In this document: positions 1 through 29,800 of the stretch, piece by piece
Layout: each line of letters starts with the position of its first letter
Numbering within the stretch: position 1 is the stretch's first letter
Origin: Phoronis australis
Taxonomy: Eukaryota; Animalia; Phoronida
DNA length: 64,000 nucleotides
Reading direction: 5' to 3'
NCBI GenBank assembly: GCA_002633005.1
Contig: NMRA01000009.1
Location: 517,456-581,455, forward strand
Notes under the pieces: model-generated
What the model saw: only the letters and a program-made list of their open reading frames with translations
What the model was told of the DNA's origin: nothing
Databases searched by the model: none
Made by a program: the position numbers and the translations under genes

Positions 1-1134
1 ATATATTACTAATAAAACAAAATAATGAAGACTTTTCGAGCAAGCCATAGCACATTCAGTTACAAGGAAAAAATGGCGGCGTTCAGGACAAGTTCCTGAA
101 CTGATGAGCCGGAAATGTGGGTACGGAAATAACCGATGACAACCGGTAATCATACGCTCAGAGAGAAGGGTCAAATACTGTTAACAAATCGCTTTTGGCA
201 AGAAAGGCGAAAAGAATATAAAGAAAGGGTGTCGAAAAAAAGAATTTATGTAGTAAGTATTTTCTGACACTAGAACCACATGGGCAGTTTGCAACAACGA
301 CTTTAAACGCATTTTTAATGGCTCACTCCCGATACCAAAATGGAAGCACCCAACCAAAAGCAACAGCGCAAGAAATCGCCTCTTTACTAAGCGCAAGTCG
401 AACATTCTATCCACATCCACGTGGTCAAAAACTTATTTTTTTGAACTCTTGATTTGCCTGATGTCTTTTTACACGTGTTTTTGCTTCGTTATTTTTGCAG
501 CCGACCTAGCACCCCTATTACCCTATAGTAGTATCGTGGGATTGTTGAGCAGTGCTTTGAACAAGAGTGGTGTCGGCTGTTCAACTGAGAAAGAAATATA
601 CAATGTATATAGCGTTTCATTTTTCAAACTAGGTTCAAAGCATTTTAATGTTTTTAAAATAACTGAGGCCTGTTAATCATTGGCATGTGTTTTGGTTGTT
701 TAGGGGGAGCAAATCTACAAAATCAGGTGCTTCCCTAATAAATACGAGGCGCACTAGCAGAGTCTGTCTTGATTTGCCTTTTCTATGAAGAAACTTGCCC
801 TACTGAATGCAAGTTTACCTGTAGGAATACAGGAGAGATGACGAGCAGTGACGGAGGTACGTAAAAAACCCCAATCACGCTCGGGATCATGGCGCCCTGT
901 ATCATGTGCGCTATTCTACTTCAGAGAGCTGAAGTACATTACTTCAATCCACCGATGTATATTTGAAGGGCTATTCTTGATGTCCGACGTTGGTGTAGTT
1001 CCGTGAGGGTAAAATCAGTCCTCCGTGCAGTAAGCACTCACTACTGACTTTTCAAAAATTTTGATTTTAACCGCCCATGCTCGGCTTACCGCCCACCCCG
1101 TTTTTTTAGATTCCCAATTTAAGTGCAATGGACA

Positions 1135-1350
1135 AGTACGGTAGTTCAATCATGCCTCCCTTTGCATTGAGTACAGTAGTTCAATCATGCCTCCCTTAGC
1201 ACAGAGTACGGTAGTTCAATCATGCCTCCCTTTGCATTGAGTACAGTAGTTCAATCATGCCTCCCTTAGCACAGAGTACAGTAGTTCAATCATGCCTCCC
1301 TTTGCACTGAGTACTGTAGTTCAATCATGCCTCCATTTGCACCGAGTACT
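1135..1350. repeat. Minisatellite, 35-bp unit x6
   Basis: GTAGTTCAATCATGCCTCC recurs every 35 bp from 1141. Confidence 0.95.
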
Positions 1351-1434
1351 GCAGACCTTTGATGAATGTTTGTAATTCCACTGCAGCATTAAACAACATC
1401 ACCTGTTAGTACACTGGCTGTCGTCTCATCACAC

Positions 1435-1563
1435 CAATGTGTATCCCACAGTTGTACAGTCCACACAGCCGTGGAGGTCAAACTGATGCGATAGTTTGAT
1501 GTTGCATCCCCTATTCAAGTTAACAATCACACGACTAGATTGTAACCCAAACTTGAAGGATGC
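1435..1563 (-). ncRNA. H/ACA snoRNA candidate; 5' hairpin complementary to 28S CCUAUUC-U-CAAACUU
   Basis: GCAUCC/GGAUGC lower stem; pocket AAGUUU / GAAUAGG 14 nt before H box ACAUCA; second hairpin then ACA; ~129 nt, sense in RPN2 intron. Confidence 0.68.
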
Positions 1564-1595
1564 CATGTAGAGGAGACTGACCATTATCAACATAC

Positions 1596-19066
<17,471 letters not shown>

Positions 19067-19310
19067 TTTGAGGAAGTTACGTGATATCATGCATGTTGAC
19101 GAATACAGAGTCCAAGGGACACATATCTTACAAATTTCACCTGATACCTTCTCATGCTATTTAGCAAGGGTCGTGCTAGCGTCACGCGCGTCGCTCAGTC
19201 TCACGCCAGCCATTTCCTAACTCACGTGGCTTAGCTGACATACTTTTGTGGTGAAAAAGTTAACAGCAACCAAAAAGTGGAGTTGGAATTCTTCGCCAAA
19301 GTCACCTTAA

Positions 19311-21215
19311 AGGAGAATGCCACCCGATTTAATTAGTCTTTTTTGCCGTCTTAATCGGTCTATATCCACATCGCCTCGCATACGGTCGACCTTACCTTGC
19401 CAAGAGGTGTCGCGTTAACCTGTGAGGAAGGTGACAAACGACGCTAGCGACGTAAGTGGTTCATCTGCACAGTGAATGGTGCTATGTTGCGGTGCATCGT
19501 TCCTGCTTGTCCGAACTAAGCAGCTGCGAGGAAAGCGGACATATCGGTTTTTTTTACTTCCTCGAGAGTCCGAAATGCTTAGGAAGTGGCTCATGGTAGT
19601 GAAGAATGAAACGTACGCTGTAAATAGCAAGTATGAGGCCGTGAAGCATCTTCGTGTCTGTGGCCTGCAGACGTAGACAGTGCCTGACGAATGCCGGCTT
19701 ACCAAATAACTCCATACGTTCCGTTGTCTGAGCTTGTTCACGGCGCCTCTCTAGTATTTCTCCATCACTGTATTCATGCTCGAATTGATAGCCTGTAAAA
19801 CTTAACGATCCACCTGCGAAGTCGGGACTGATGAGCTCTAGCTCGTCCTAAGTCGGGATTGCGAGTTGGCGTTTATTACTGAGCATTCTGTTTTAAAATG
19901 AATTATTCTCACCCTAACAAATACTTATATGAAACTGAAACAAAGTCTTGTCTCATTAGATGCAATTTGTTATGCCTTTGGAGTGTTCGCGAGTGCAAAT
20001 GATTTGAGAAGCCAGCAATGAATAAATCACTGCGTTACCGGCTTTAGGTGCAATAAAACTAATTGACGGGACACCTAGGCCGTGTGAGCTCAGGCTAATT
20101 TAGTGTTAGCTGACAGAAACTGTTGTGAAACAACTCGATTGCCATCCCGCGGCCAGGTGTTAGGGGAATCTTTACTTACATTTACATTACTCAAATAATG
20201 ATTGTCAATGTACAACTTCTGCCCTGACGGTGCTGTGGCCAAAGCGGAACCTGAATTCGCGGCCCCCGACGAGTAAGTAGATTTGCAGTTTCGTGGCTAA
20301 TTTACCAACATAATCAGGTGCACATTACTTTGGCTAACTAGTATAGTATTTTCTTGACTGGAAGTTTAGTCTCCACTGAACTTTGGCTGGTTTATGTTCG
20401 TGATGTCTGATCAGTTTCCGAGCCACTGGCAGGGATAACGAGTCAATCCGGCCGGCTGCGACGGGCCTGATCGGGCTCCGAGCCACTGGCCAGGCTAACA
20501 AGCGTTTTGTGTTTAGAACTCAAAAAATCACAAGTCTAAACAACACAGATCTAGGTTCTCCTGACTTTGTTTCAGTTTATATAAGCATTAGTTAGGATGA
20601 GAATGATTCATTTTGAAACAGAACGCAGAATAATAAACGTCTACATGGCTACTCGCCCGGCGCCAATCCCGACTTAGTCAAGAGCTCATCCGACGAAGAC
20701 TTCACGGTCAGATCACTAGGTTTCACAGGTTATCAGTTTGAACCGGAATACACTGAACAAGAAAAACTTGAGGGGCGCCGTGAACATGCACACGCAACAG
20801 AACGTATGGATAGTTCTTTGGTAAGCCGGGATTCGTCAGAGAAATCACTGTCGACGAAATGCCGGCCACAGACACAGAGATGTTTCACGGCCTCATACTT
20901 GCTATTAACAGCGTACCTTTTTATTCTTCACTACCGTGAGCCACTTCCTAAGCATTTTGGGCTCTCGAGGAAGTCGAAAAAACAATACACGATTTCTTCA
21001 CAGATTCATAGTTCTGACAAGCCGGAACAATGCACCGCAATATAGCGGCATTCACTCTGCAGATGAACCACTGACGTCGCTGCATCGTTTCACACCTTCC
21101 TCACAGGTTAACACCACACCTCTCAGCAAGGTGAGGTCTATCGTGTAAGAGGCGATGTGGATATAGACCGATTAAGACGGTAAAAAAGACTAATTAAATC
21201 GGGTGACATTCTTCT
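19311..21215. mobile_element. Kolobok-type DNA transposon derivative with ~640-bp inverted arms, each carrying a THAP remnant
   Basis: TTAA on both flanks (19307-10, 21216-19); termini AGGAGAATGCC / AGAAGAATGTC. Arms ~19311-19950 and ~20550-21215 both encode frameshifted LRCIVPAC.N...LPRE..MLRKWL...VCG(RHFVDSDF) and, antisense, FTGYQFE.EY. Confidence 0.8.
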
Positions 21216-22054
21216 TTAATTCTCACAATTAAGCTTCATCGAAGACATGTATAGAAGTAGAAAGGACTAATGAAGAAAGTTAGCTCATTTTTAAGTGATA
21301 CTGTTGGAGGTCCTAAAGTCGTGAACGATCTTATTTCTGCTTCTGCGCGGTCCCACACATCTAGCGCTGAAGTTTCCAGCGTTCGTCTGCTCACGAACAT
21401 CAAACAAATACCCAGACGTGTTGATATTCACAATATGGTAATAATCACTAAGTGGGTGGCTTCTTTTTACAAATGTATCTTAAAACAGCATATTTCACTA
21501 ATCCGCTTTTTGTGCATTTTCAGAATATATTTTCAAAACTAAACATCGTTCAGATTTGCTATAACACACCCTGCAGGGGTGGCTTGAAAATTTTATCAAA
21601 ATGTCCCAGGGTCGATCAAGTTTTGTAAAGCTAAAGCAACAAAATACAAAGAGATAATTGATGCTGGGTTCTTAGTGTTTTACGTAAACAACCTCATTGA
21701 AAACGTCTGTGCACATCAGAGTTGGGTACAAAACACATAATTTATTTCAATTGAAACCGAATTAATAAACAATGTAACTGTAAGCACTGCAGCTGATTTG
21801 TGTGGCCTTACTTCGTGCATTTCCGTCTAAACGAAACGATCACGACTTTAGGGCCTCATTCAAAATGGCCGCCGATATGACCGACCATTTTCAAAACTGC
21901 GTACAGAGACAAACAAGGGTTAAGACTGGAAAAAATTAAACATGTATACTTCTGAAGGCTCATGTCCAGACATCACATGAGCAGTTGCTAACGGACATTG
22001 GGTAGTATGACAATCAGCTGCTTTTTATGCTTATATTCACGACTTTAGGTCACT

Positions 22055-22362
22055 CACTGGTAGGGTGAGCAAACCCAAATACAAATTTCATCAGAAACAC
22101 TTGAAAAGAGTGTTAAATGATAGCTTTAGACATGCCGTTTATAAAACTTTTTGAATTTTTCAAATCGGTTCGGTGGTTCTCGAGTTATTTGAATTTTAGA
22201 GCCTCAAAAATGGCCTTTTTTTCAGCAAACGGCACCCAGAAATTTCAGGCCACAGAAAATGGCAAGTTTAGACAACTATATTTGGGANGTGAAAATCATG
22301 AAAAATGGCAAAATTTCGCTCTTGCTGAATTTCCGCCATATTGGTTTGCTCACCCTATCACT
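22055..22362. mobile_element. Small MITE-like inverted-repeat element
   Basis: TAGGGTGAGCAAACC ... GGTTTGCTCACCCTA; no clear TSD. Confidence 0.45.
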
Positions 22363-23627
22363 GGTGTCTAGTTTTGAGTGTACAATGTATTTTGACGAAG
22401 TGAAAACTCGAAATCGGTGGCCGGATTTGGCCTACCGCCCGTTTAAAATACAAGGAACAAAATGCGTAGAGAAAGCGATGGGCCTACGTGTTGCCTAAAC
22501 TAAGCTGTGAAGGTCCACACGTGGCAAAAGCCAGGGAAGTAAGATGGCGGACACGAAATAACCGGTACAAAAACTAATTTTCATTTTGTGCAAAAGGTAT
22601 TTCACAAATGTAAAAAAATCACTCCACTTGGTGCTCTAATATGCTTTGACAAAACTTGGAGAGCAAAATTTGCATTTGCCGTCTTTCTACTGCCAAACAG
22701 GCCGCTTAAATGACGAAGAGTCTTACCCCTAGCCATTGTCGGGATGAAGCGCTTTTCAGAGAGGCCGCATCCGGGAACTTTTGAAACATACGTGTCACGA
22801 TGAACACGCTTTTATTATGAGGTGCAACAAAACACATAAAAGTTGTCCCTTAACTATCTAAATCAAAATATTTAATTTTTATCCTATGCAATGTTTCAAG
22901 AGAGCGAAAAATGTCTAATTTCCATTGCAAATAAATGCTTACTCGCCGTTAGGTGTCACTCTGCAGTACGAGGCTGGTTACATGCCGCTAGGTGGTCAGC
23001 AGCCAGCTGGCTGGGCACGTAGGTAACCAGCGAGCAGTGCAACAGCTTGCTGTCTGAGTAACTCGTAACCTAAGACGTGCTGAGGTGACCCAGTTACTAT
23101 TTATTTTGAGTGGTTAAGTTGTCCGTTTTTGCACTCCAGTTCTATTGATCCTGCACAAAGCATTAGGCCTATATATAATTCATCAGCTGCCAAGTCTATT
23201 GTCACATTGTATAGTTTCAATCATTTTATGCCAAAATGGGGATCGTGACAGTGCAGTACTGCCTCACACACAGCTAGTCTGGCTTGCTTGGCGTTGCGTC
23301 GGCGGCTTGTAGACAGTAGCCCCAGTAGAGACGGTTAATTTGGTTCGCTTAAATACTCCTGAGTTGCAGTCTGCGGTTAAAATATGAATGTTTGTCATGG
23401 TTTTGTAGTCACCAGGTATGCCAAATGCAACTTTCTTACGGTTGATTACATTTTTATGATTGGGCTTTCTATTTTAACTCCCTCGCCAAGCAAAGCTCAT
23501 AAAAAATGAAATCGACTTTGGGTTGAGCTCTATTTGGCAGACCTGACCAATATAAAACCGTAGCAAATCAGATTCCAACAGTAGGCTGAAAATCATGCAG
23601 CCATAGCAGTTCACTTGCTCTAGGAGT

Positions 23628-25455
23628 TTTTATGCGCCGACGTACAACATGTGGACGCATTGTGCCGTCATCCCTGTCCGTCCGCTACTCTATCTCCAAA
23701 ATCGTTTGATGTATGGTCATGAAATTTTGCACATATCGTAGGTTCCTTTCATTGATGGGACGGCATGAGCGAACTTTCGGACTTTCTTGTGTGCCCCTTA
23801 TGGCAATTTCATTTTTTTACATTTACCTCTGTTATCTTCAAACGCCCCGCAATTTTTCAATATGGCACATAGGCATCATTAGTGAGATGATGCTATTCTC
23901 CCATTTTAGGATGTAGTTGAGGTATTTTGTGCCACCTAGTGGCCATTTTTACTATTTTTTGGCGTGCGCCCCTCTATCAACCAAACTACTCAAAGGATAA
24001 TTGTGAAAATTGGCATATATGTTGCTACTTTGAAGAGGACGGCTGATGATGATTGTCAAACGACTCGGACTACTGTGGCACCTCCTAATGGCATTTTGTT
24101 GCATCTGTGGATGCACCTCCCAAACCCTGTGAAGGATCTTTATTAAATTTGGCAAGTGTATTTATGTACTGTTGACAATGGACAACGAGGACGTTTGGAT
24201 GGATCCGACTATAGTGGCAATTTCATTTTCCATTGTCCTCTGTATCTTTGAAACTCCTTGTCAGATTTTTATGAAATTTAACAACAAATAGGTTTCTATT
24301 AAAGAGTCTACAGGTTCCCGTTTTGGATAGATTCAACGTATAGCGGCTGTTTTTATTATCACCTGAAATTTTGTAAATAGGTTTCAATTAAGGAGATGAC
24401 CACATGTTCTCATTCTCGGGTGGATTTGACGTATTCTGCACCTCTGTAGCCATTTTAGATTGTTTTAGTACGTTTGACATCACACTCTCCAGCCATCAAA
24501 CCGCTTGAAGGATGATTGAAAAAAGGTTTTTCATAGTTTTGATGAAGGTATGGTATAAATAGAATCAACTTACTCAGAGACTAAAATGTTGTGAGTTCGT
24601 ACGAGTAGTCACAACATTTCAGTCTCTGAGTAAGTTGATTCTACTTATACCACGCTTGAAGGATCATTATTGAAAATTTGAGATGTGTTTCGGACGTGCT
24701 GGCACCCCTTAGTGGCAATTTTATTTTGTTGCGTCCACGACTGTATCTCCTTTACCATTTGCAAAATATTTCTTAAATTTAGCAGATATATTGCTATGGA
24801 GATGGCAACAGATGACCACCACTGTGCTCCCTAGTGGCAATTTTATTTTTATGTTTGCCTCTAACTTCAGAGTTCCTTAGTTGATGCTTTTGCAAACAAA
24901 TTTCTATTATGAAGACAATAGCACCTTTCTTTTTTGTGATGGATTTGTTGTGTACTGCACCAGCTAGTGGCCATTTTAATTACTTTTTAGTCTGTTTTTT
25001 TTTCGTCTCCTTCTCTATCTGCTCAGAGGATCATTGTGGAAATTGTCAGATGTGTTTTTACTGACAAGAGCATGACTGATGTGGATTTTCAAATGGATTC
25101 AACTACTGTGGTGCCCCTTAGTGACATTTTTTCGCGTCTATATCTCCTAAACCCCTTGCTAGATGTTTTTGAAATTTTGCTATTCTATTCCTACTAACTT
25201 GACAGCAGATGGACGGATTTGACCACTCATGTGGTTCCTAATGGCAGTTTTTTTTACGTCTGCATTGTATTTTTGGCGTTCTTTGACAGATTTTCATGAA
25301 ATCTGAGATGCGGACGACACCTTCCCATTTTTGGATGGGCTCAATGTATTCTGTGACATCTTATGGCCATTTTTATGTCACAAATAAACACACCTAGAAG
25401 CACACCATTTGTGATGCAGTCTTGGGCACATTTCAACGCTCTACGTTGCTCTTGT
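23628..25455 (+). mobile_element. Helentron-associated element with diverged ~150-bp internal tandem array
   Basis: 5' TTTTTATGCGCC...GCATT, GTCC repeats, recurring (CT)AGTGGC units, 3' CATTTCAACGCTCTACGTTGCTCTTGTT. Confidence 0.65.
24551..24652. repeat. Near-perfect palindrome (44-bp arms, 14-nt loop)
   Basis: Arms match 42/44; embedded in the Helentron-like element. Confidence 0.9.
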
Positions 25456-25904
25456 TAGTATTTTGATACCAGCAAACCGAATTTCAGAATAAACTTTGCT
25501 GCTGCGAAGCTGCCATCATCTCCCAAGAGATGTCACAAAAAATTAGTAAATGGCGCGTGTGTATGTAACGAACTTACTGTTTTCAAAACGACTATAGACT
25601 TTTCTTTGTTATAAAAGGCAGAGATTTATGCAAGAAAATGATGTTTATTAGATTGTCTTTCACTTAAACGGCTGCAACGGGCAAGTGAGTGTCACAGATT
25701 TTGCATGCACCGCCACCTGTCGTTAGCTCTACATATTGATGACTAGCAGGACTACCTGGGTAGTTTGAAATTTCTAGGTCTATTGGAGGTTAATAGACAT
25801 TGGTTCCTAGCTGTATTTTGACAATTTCAATACGGGCATGCATACTTATATCCATGGGAGCTTATTTCGACCTTTCTGAACATACCTCTAGTAATGTACC
25901 TTGA

Positions 25905-26290
25905 TTAAAGAAAGAAGTATTGCATATGCCGTTAAACAGGAACACAGGCCCTTGAGTTTATCCATTCCTCATATTATGTTGTTATTGAGTCATTGGGAAA
26001 TTCATCTGCCTGGACGGGTTCGCAGTATTGCCACTATGTGAAAATGACACAAGTGATGACCTGGTGCTCTGGCGAGGTTCGCAGTTCTCGCCACTAAGTG
26101 ACGTGCGTGGTTACCTGCTACTTCACCTTCACTGAAAGTTAGACAGTGAATTAACCTGATTGAAGGTCAAGCAGCAGCTAATCATAGCCATCAAAACACA
26201 CGTCACACTGTGGCGAGATTGCGAACCTCATTAGACTTCCAACACTTCTATGATCCTGTGTAATGGCATACATAATACTCTGTTCTTTAT
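25905..26290. mobile_element. MITE-like element with ~36-bp imperfect TIRs
   Basis: TAAAGAAAGAAGTATTGCATATGCCGTTAAACAGGA vs rc TAAAGAACAGAGTATTATGTATGCCATTACACAGGA; internal GGTTCGCAGT repeats in both orientations. Confidence 0.55.
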
Positions 26291-26886
26291 CTATGGTGTA
26301 CTCTAGAGTTATGTTCTGAAAATGGAAATATCAAAATAAACTTCGGGTCATGATAGTCATAAAAGTTATAGTCATACAAGACTGCTGTACTACCGTCTGA
26401 AGTGCATCAGGGATGCTGGACACGTGACCTGTCTGAAAATAACTGTTTACAGATATGCTGGAGAAAGTTCTGCCCATGCTCAAGTCTCTCATTTCTCTGG
26501 TCGTGAGTTGGGTTTTGGAGCAGTAAATAAAAATCTATCATGAAAAATATATAGCTGATTAAAGGAAGGTTGATTGAGATATTCATTGCCTTGTTCATTG
26601 TAGTTGTTGACAAATCTATAACAATCAACTTCATACGCCATGAAACCATATCAACTGTTTTGGAACTGTTATTGGTTGGGAGAAAGCTATACAAGTTGAC
26701 TTGTCACGACATGTTATTTGCCGTGCACGATCTTGAGGAATAACAATTTGTTACTTCTTAGTAAGACCAAAAATCATTTGTCATCTGAATAAGAAACAAA
26801 CTGTGGCCATACAGTGAGTGGTCTAAACCAAAATTTTCTTTAATGGTTTATTGTCGCTTTGCCTTTATAGATTCCATCTGGGGAAC

Positions 26887-29800
26887 ATGGTCCAACTGCG
26901 AAGTGGTACATCCACAAGGCAAGCTGCCCCTGAATTGCATGTAATCACAGGTGGTGGTGGTTATGTTGGTACCCACCTGGGACGGGCACTCGTTGAAAGG
27001 GGTCATCGTGTTCTACTGTTTGATATCCACACACCTGCTGGAGATTTGAAAAACATGGACTTCATTCAGGTTGGTGTAAACATCATGGAAATGTGTTGTT
27101 GAGAATTTACATTCCTTTTCTTTGTGTCTTAAGACATTATTTTCAAATTGGTTCCAGTTTGTAGATTTTCAAGTATTACAGTTGTTGAGTGTGACCTGTA
27201 AAAGGGGTTCTATTAATTTGTGAATTCTCCCAAGTAGTGAGTGAGACAGTGTTGTTACATGATCACTGATATTTCTGTCTTCCTATTGGCTAAAACACAG
27301 TACGGTGATGTTGACTGGCTAGCTGTGGAATATCACTTTTTTTTCAAGCCGCTCATACGGCAGATGTTGCTTTTCGTAAAATGCCCAATCAGATGCTGTA
27401 GAAACCATAAACCCGTAACTGTGTAAAGAAATTGACCAAACAATGACTACAAAACAAGTAAAAACAGGTTAGTCAAGATATGAAGAGGAAAAAGCATCAG
27501 TGGTGAAATATAGACGGATCGCTTGAGTGTATCAGGTTGTTTGGACCTCAGGACACCAATGCTGCTCCCTCCCTTGAAAGCTGGCATTTTGAATATAGAC
27601 TTGGGTATTGTTGGTATTTTAAATACATGACTTGGGTACCGCCTGTATTTTGAATGTATATGACTTGGGCACTGCTATTATTTTGAATATGTATGACATG
27701 GGTACTGCTGGTATTTTTAATGTGTATGACTTGGGTACTGATGGTATTTTGAATGTACCGTATATGACATGGGTACTGCTGGTATTTTTAATGTGTATGA
27801 CTTGGGTACTGATGGTATTTTGAATGTACCGTATATGACATGGGTACTGCTGGTATTTTTAATGTATATGACTTGGGTACTGATGGAGAGCAAGTCTCCA
27901 CTGAGCATCAAAAATGTGTATTTCACCTCATCAGGCATAGGTTCAGTTCAGTTACACATGATAACGATCAATTTCATGTAGGCAAAGGAAGGAAACACCC
28001 TTCTCCTAAGCCTGTCTCTAGCGAAGTGCCCAACACATACAGTCGCGCCGGCATGCCCACGTAACAAAGGCGCACTGAGACGCAACAAAGACATTAGCAT
28101 AAGAATAACTGAACATTTGCAGCTAAATAAGAATAACAATAAGCGTAAAGTTACGAACGTCCAGTCACAATAAGAATTGGGTACTGTGGCTATTTTGAAT
28201 GTGTATGACATGGGTACTGCTGGTATTTTGAATGTGTATGTCTTGGGTACTGCTGGTATTTTGAATGTATATGACATAGGTACTGCTGTTATTTTGAATG
28301 TATATGACTTGGGTACTGCTAGTATTTTGAATGTATATGTATTGAGTACTGTTGGTATTTTGAATGTGTATGACTTGAGTACTGCTGGTGTTTTGAATGT
28401 ATATGACTTGGGTACTGATGGTAGTTTGAATGTGTATGAATTGGGTACTGTTGGTATTACCTAATTGTTTATTACCGTGACACGTAGGTTTTTGTGCATG
28501 TTACAAAACAGTGCTAGGGACTGCAACGGTCCTTGTTTAAGTAAAATAATTGTGTTTAGAAACTAACTATTACAAATTTATGCTTCAGGGAGACATTTGC
28601 TTGGAGTCAGATGTTGTAAGTGCATTAGTTAATGCAGATTGTGTCTACCATGTGGCATCCTATGGTATGTCTGGTAGGGAGCAGTTGAACAAGGATAAAA
28701 TACAGCAAGTGAACATCCAGGGTACACAAAATGTTTTGACAGGTATGTTTGGGTCCAAAGCTGGTCCAGCTTGCTACTGTGATTGGTTGGAAACAACTCA
28801 TGAGACATCCAACTTGTCTCAGTCGTCTGCAAACTTTGTTGACTGTGGCAGACTATTCATCTGTTTTTAAGATAATTTCAACGTTTCAACCCATGTAATT
28901 GTGCCTGAAATCTTGCGTGCAAAGATGATCAAATGAAATTTAGTTATAAACTAAAAACGCAGCATATTATTAAGCTCCTGTGGTTTCTAATTTGTATTGA
29001 GTTTGCAGGGAAAACATGTTTCCTTGTGTAATGTGATTTTAACGCTTGCTTTGTTTGTAGTCTGTGTGTACATTTAATCAATCAACAAATAAAATATTCT
29101 TACTCCTTAAAACCTATATTTTGAAAAATATTGGGTGGTAAAATTCTCCAGTCAAAGCTCAGCTAAATGAGGGCTACAGGAAGTGAATAATTTGTTTTTC
29201 TCTAGGACTCGCTGTTCTTGAGTTATTCAATATTTTCCAGCGACTGCTTGATAACTGATTGGATCATCATGTAGTATCTCCATCGTCCAGATCTTTCTGC
29301 TATATATAGTGTGCCATCCGTTAATCGCTACAACTTAACGTTCTAGAGATATTCGAGACATACTGATCAGATGACTACTGCTCTTTTGTTGACTTATTTC
29401 TAGTTCCACTTTGGTTGCCTATCATATTCATGCTAGAGATTGCACTTTGGTTGCCTATCATATTCATGCTACAGATTGCACTTTGGTTGCCTATCATATT
29501 CATGCTACAGATTGCACTTTGGTTGCCTATCATATTCATGCTAGAGATTGCACTTTGGTTGCCTATCATGTTCATGCTACAGATTGCACTTTGGTTGCCT
29601 ATCATATTCATGCTACAGATTGCATTTTTCGTTCAAAATGGCGTGATGACTGGTTTTGGGGTGAAATTGGACGTAAGATAGCGCTATGATGGCCATTTTT
29701 AAATTATTGTTTTCTCGGCGATCCTGTGACTGAACTTCTTCAAATTTGGTATGTAAATAGATGTCATCATGGGCTATCTGTAGTGCATTTTTGGTTTCTC

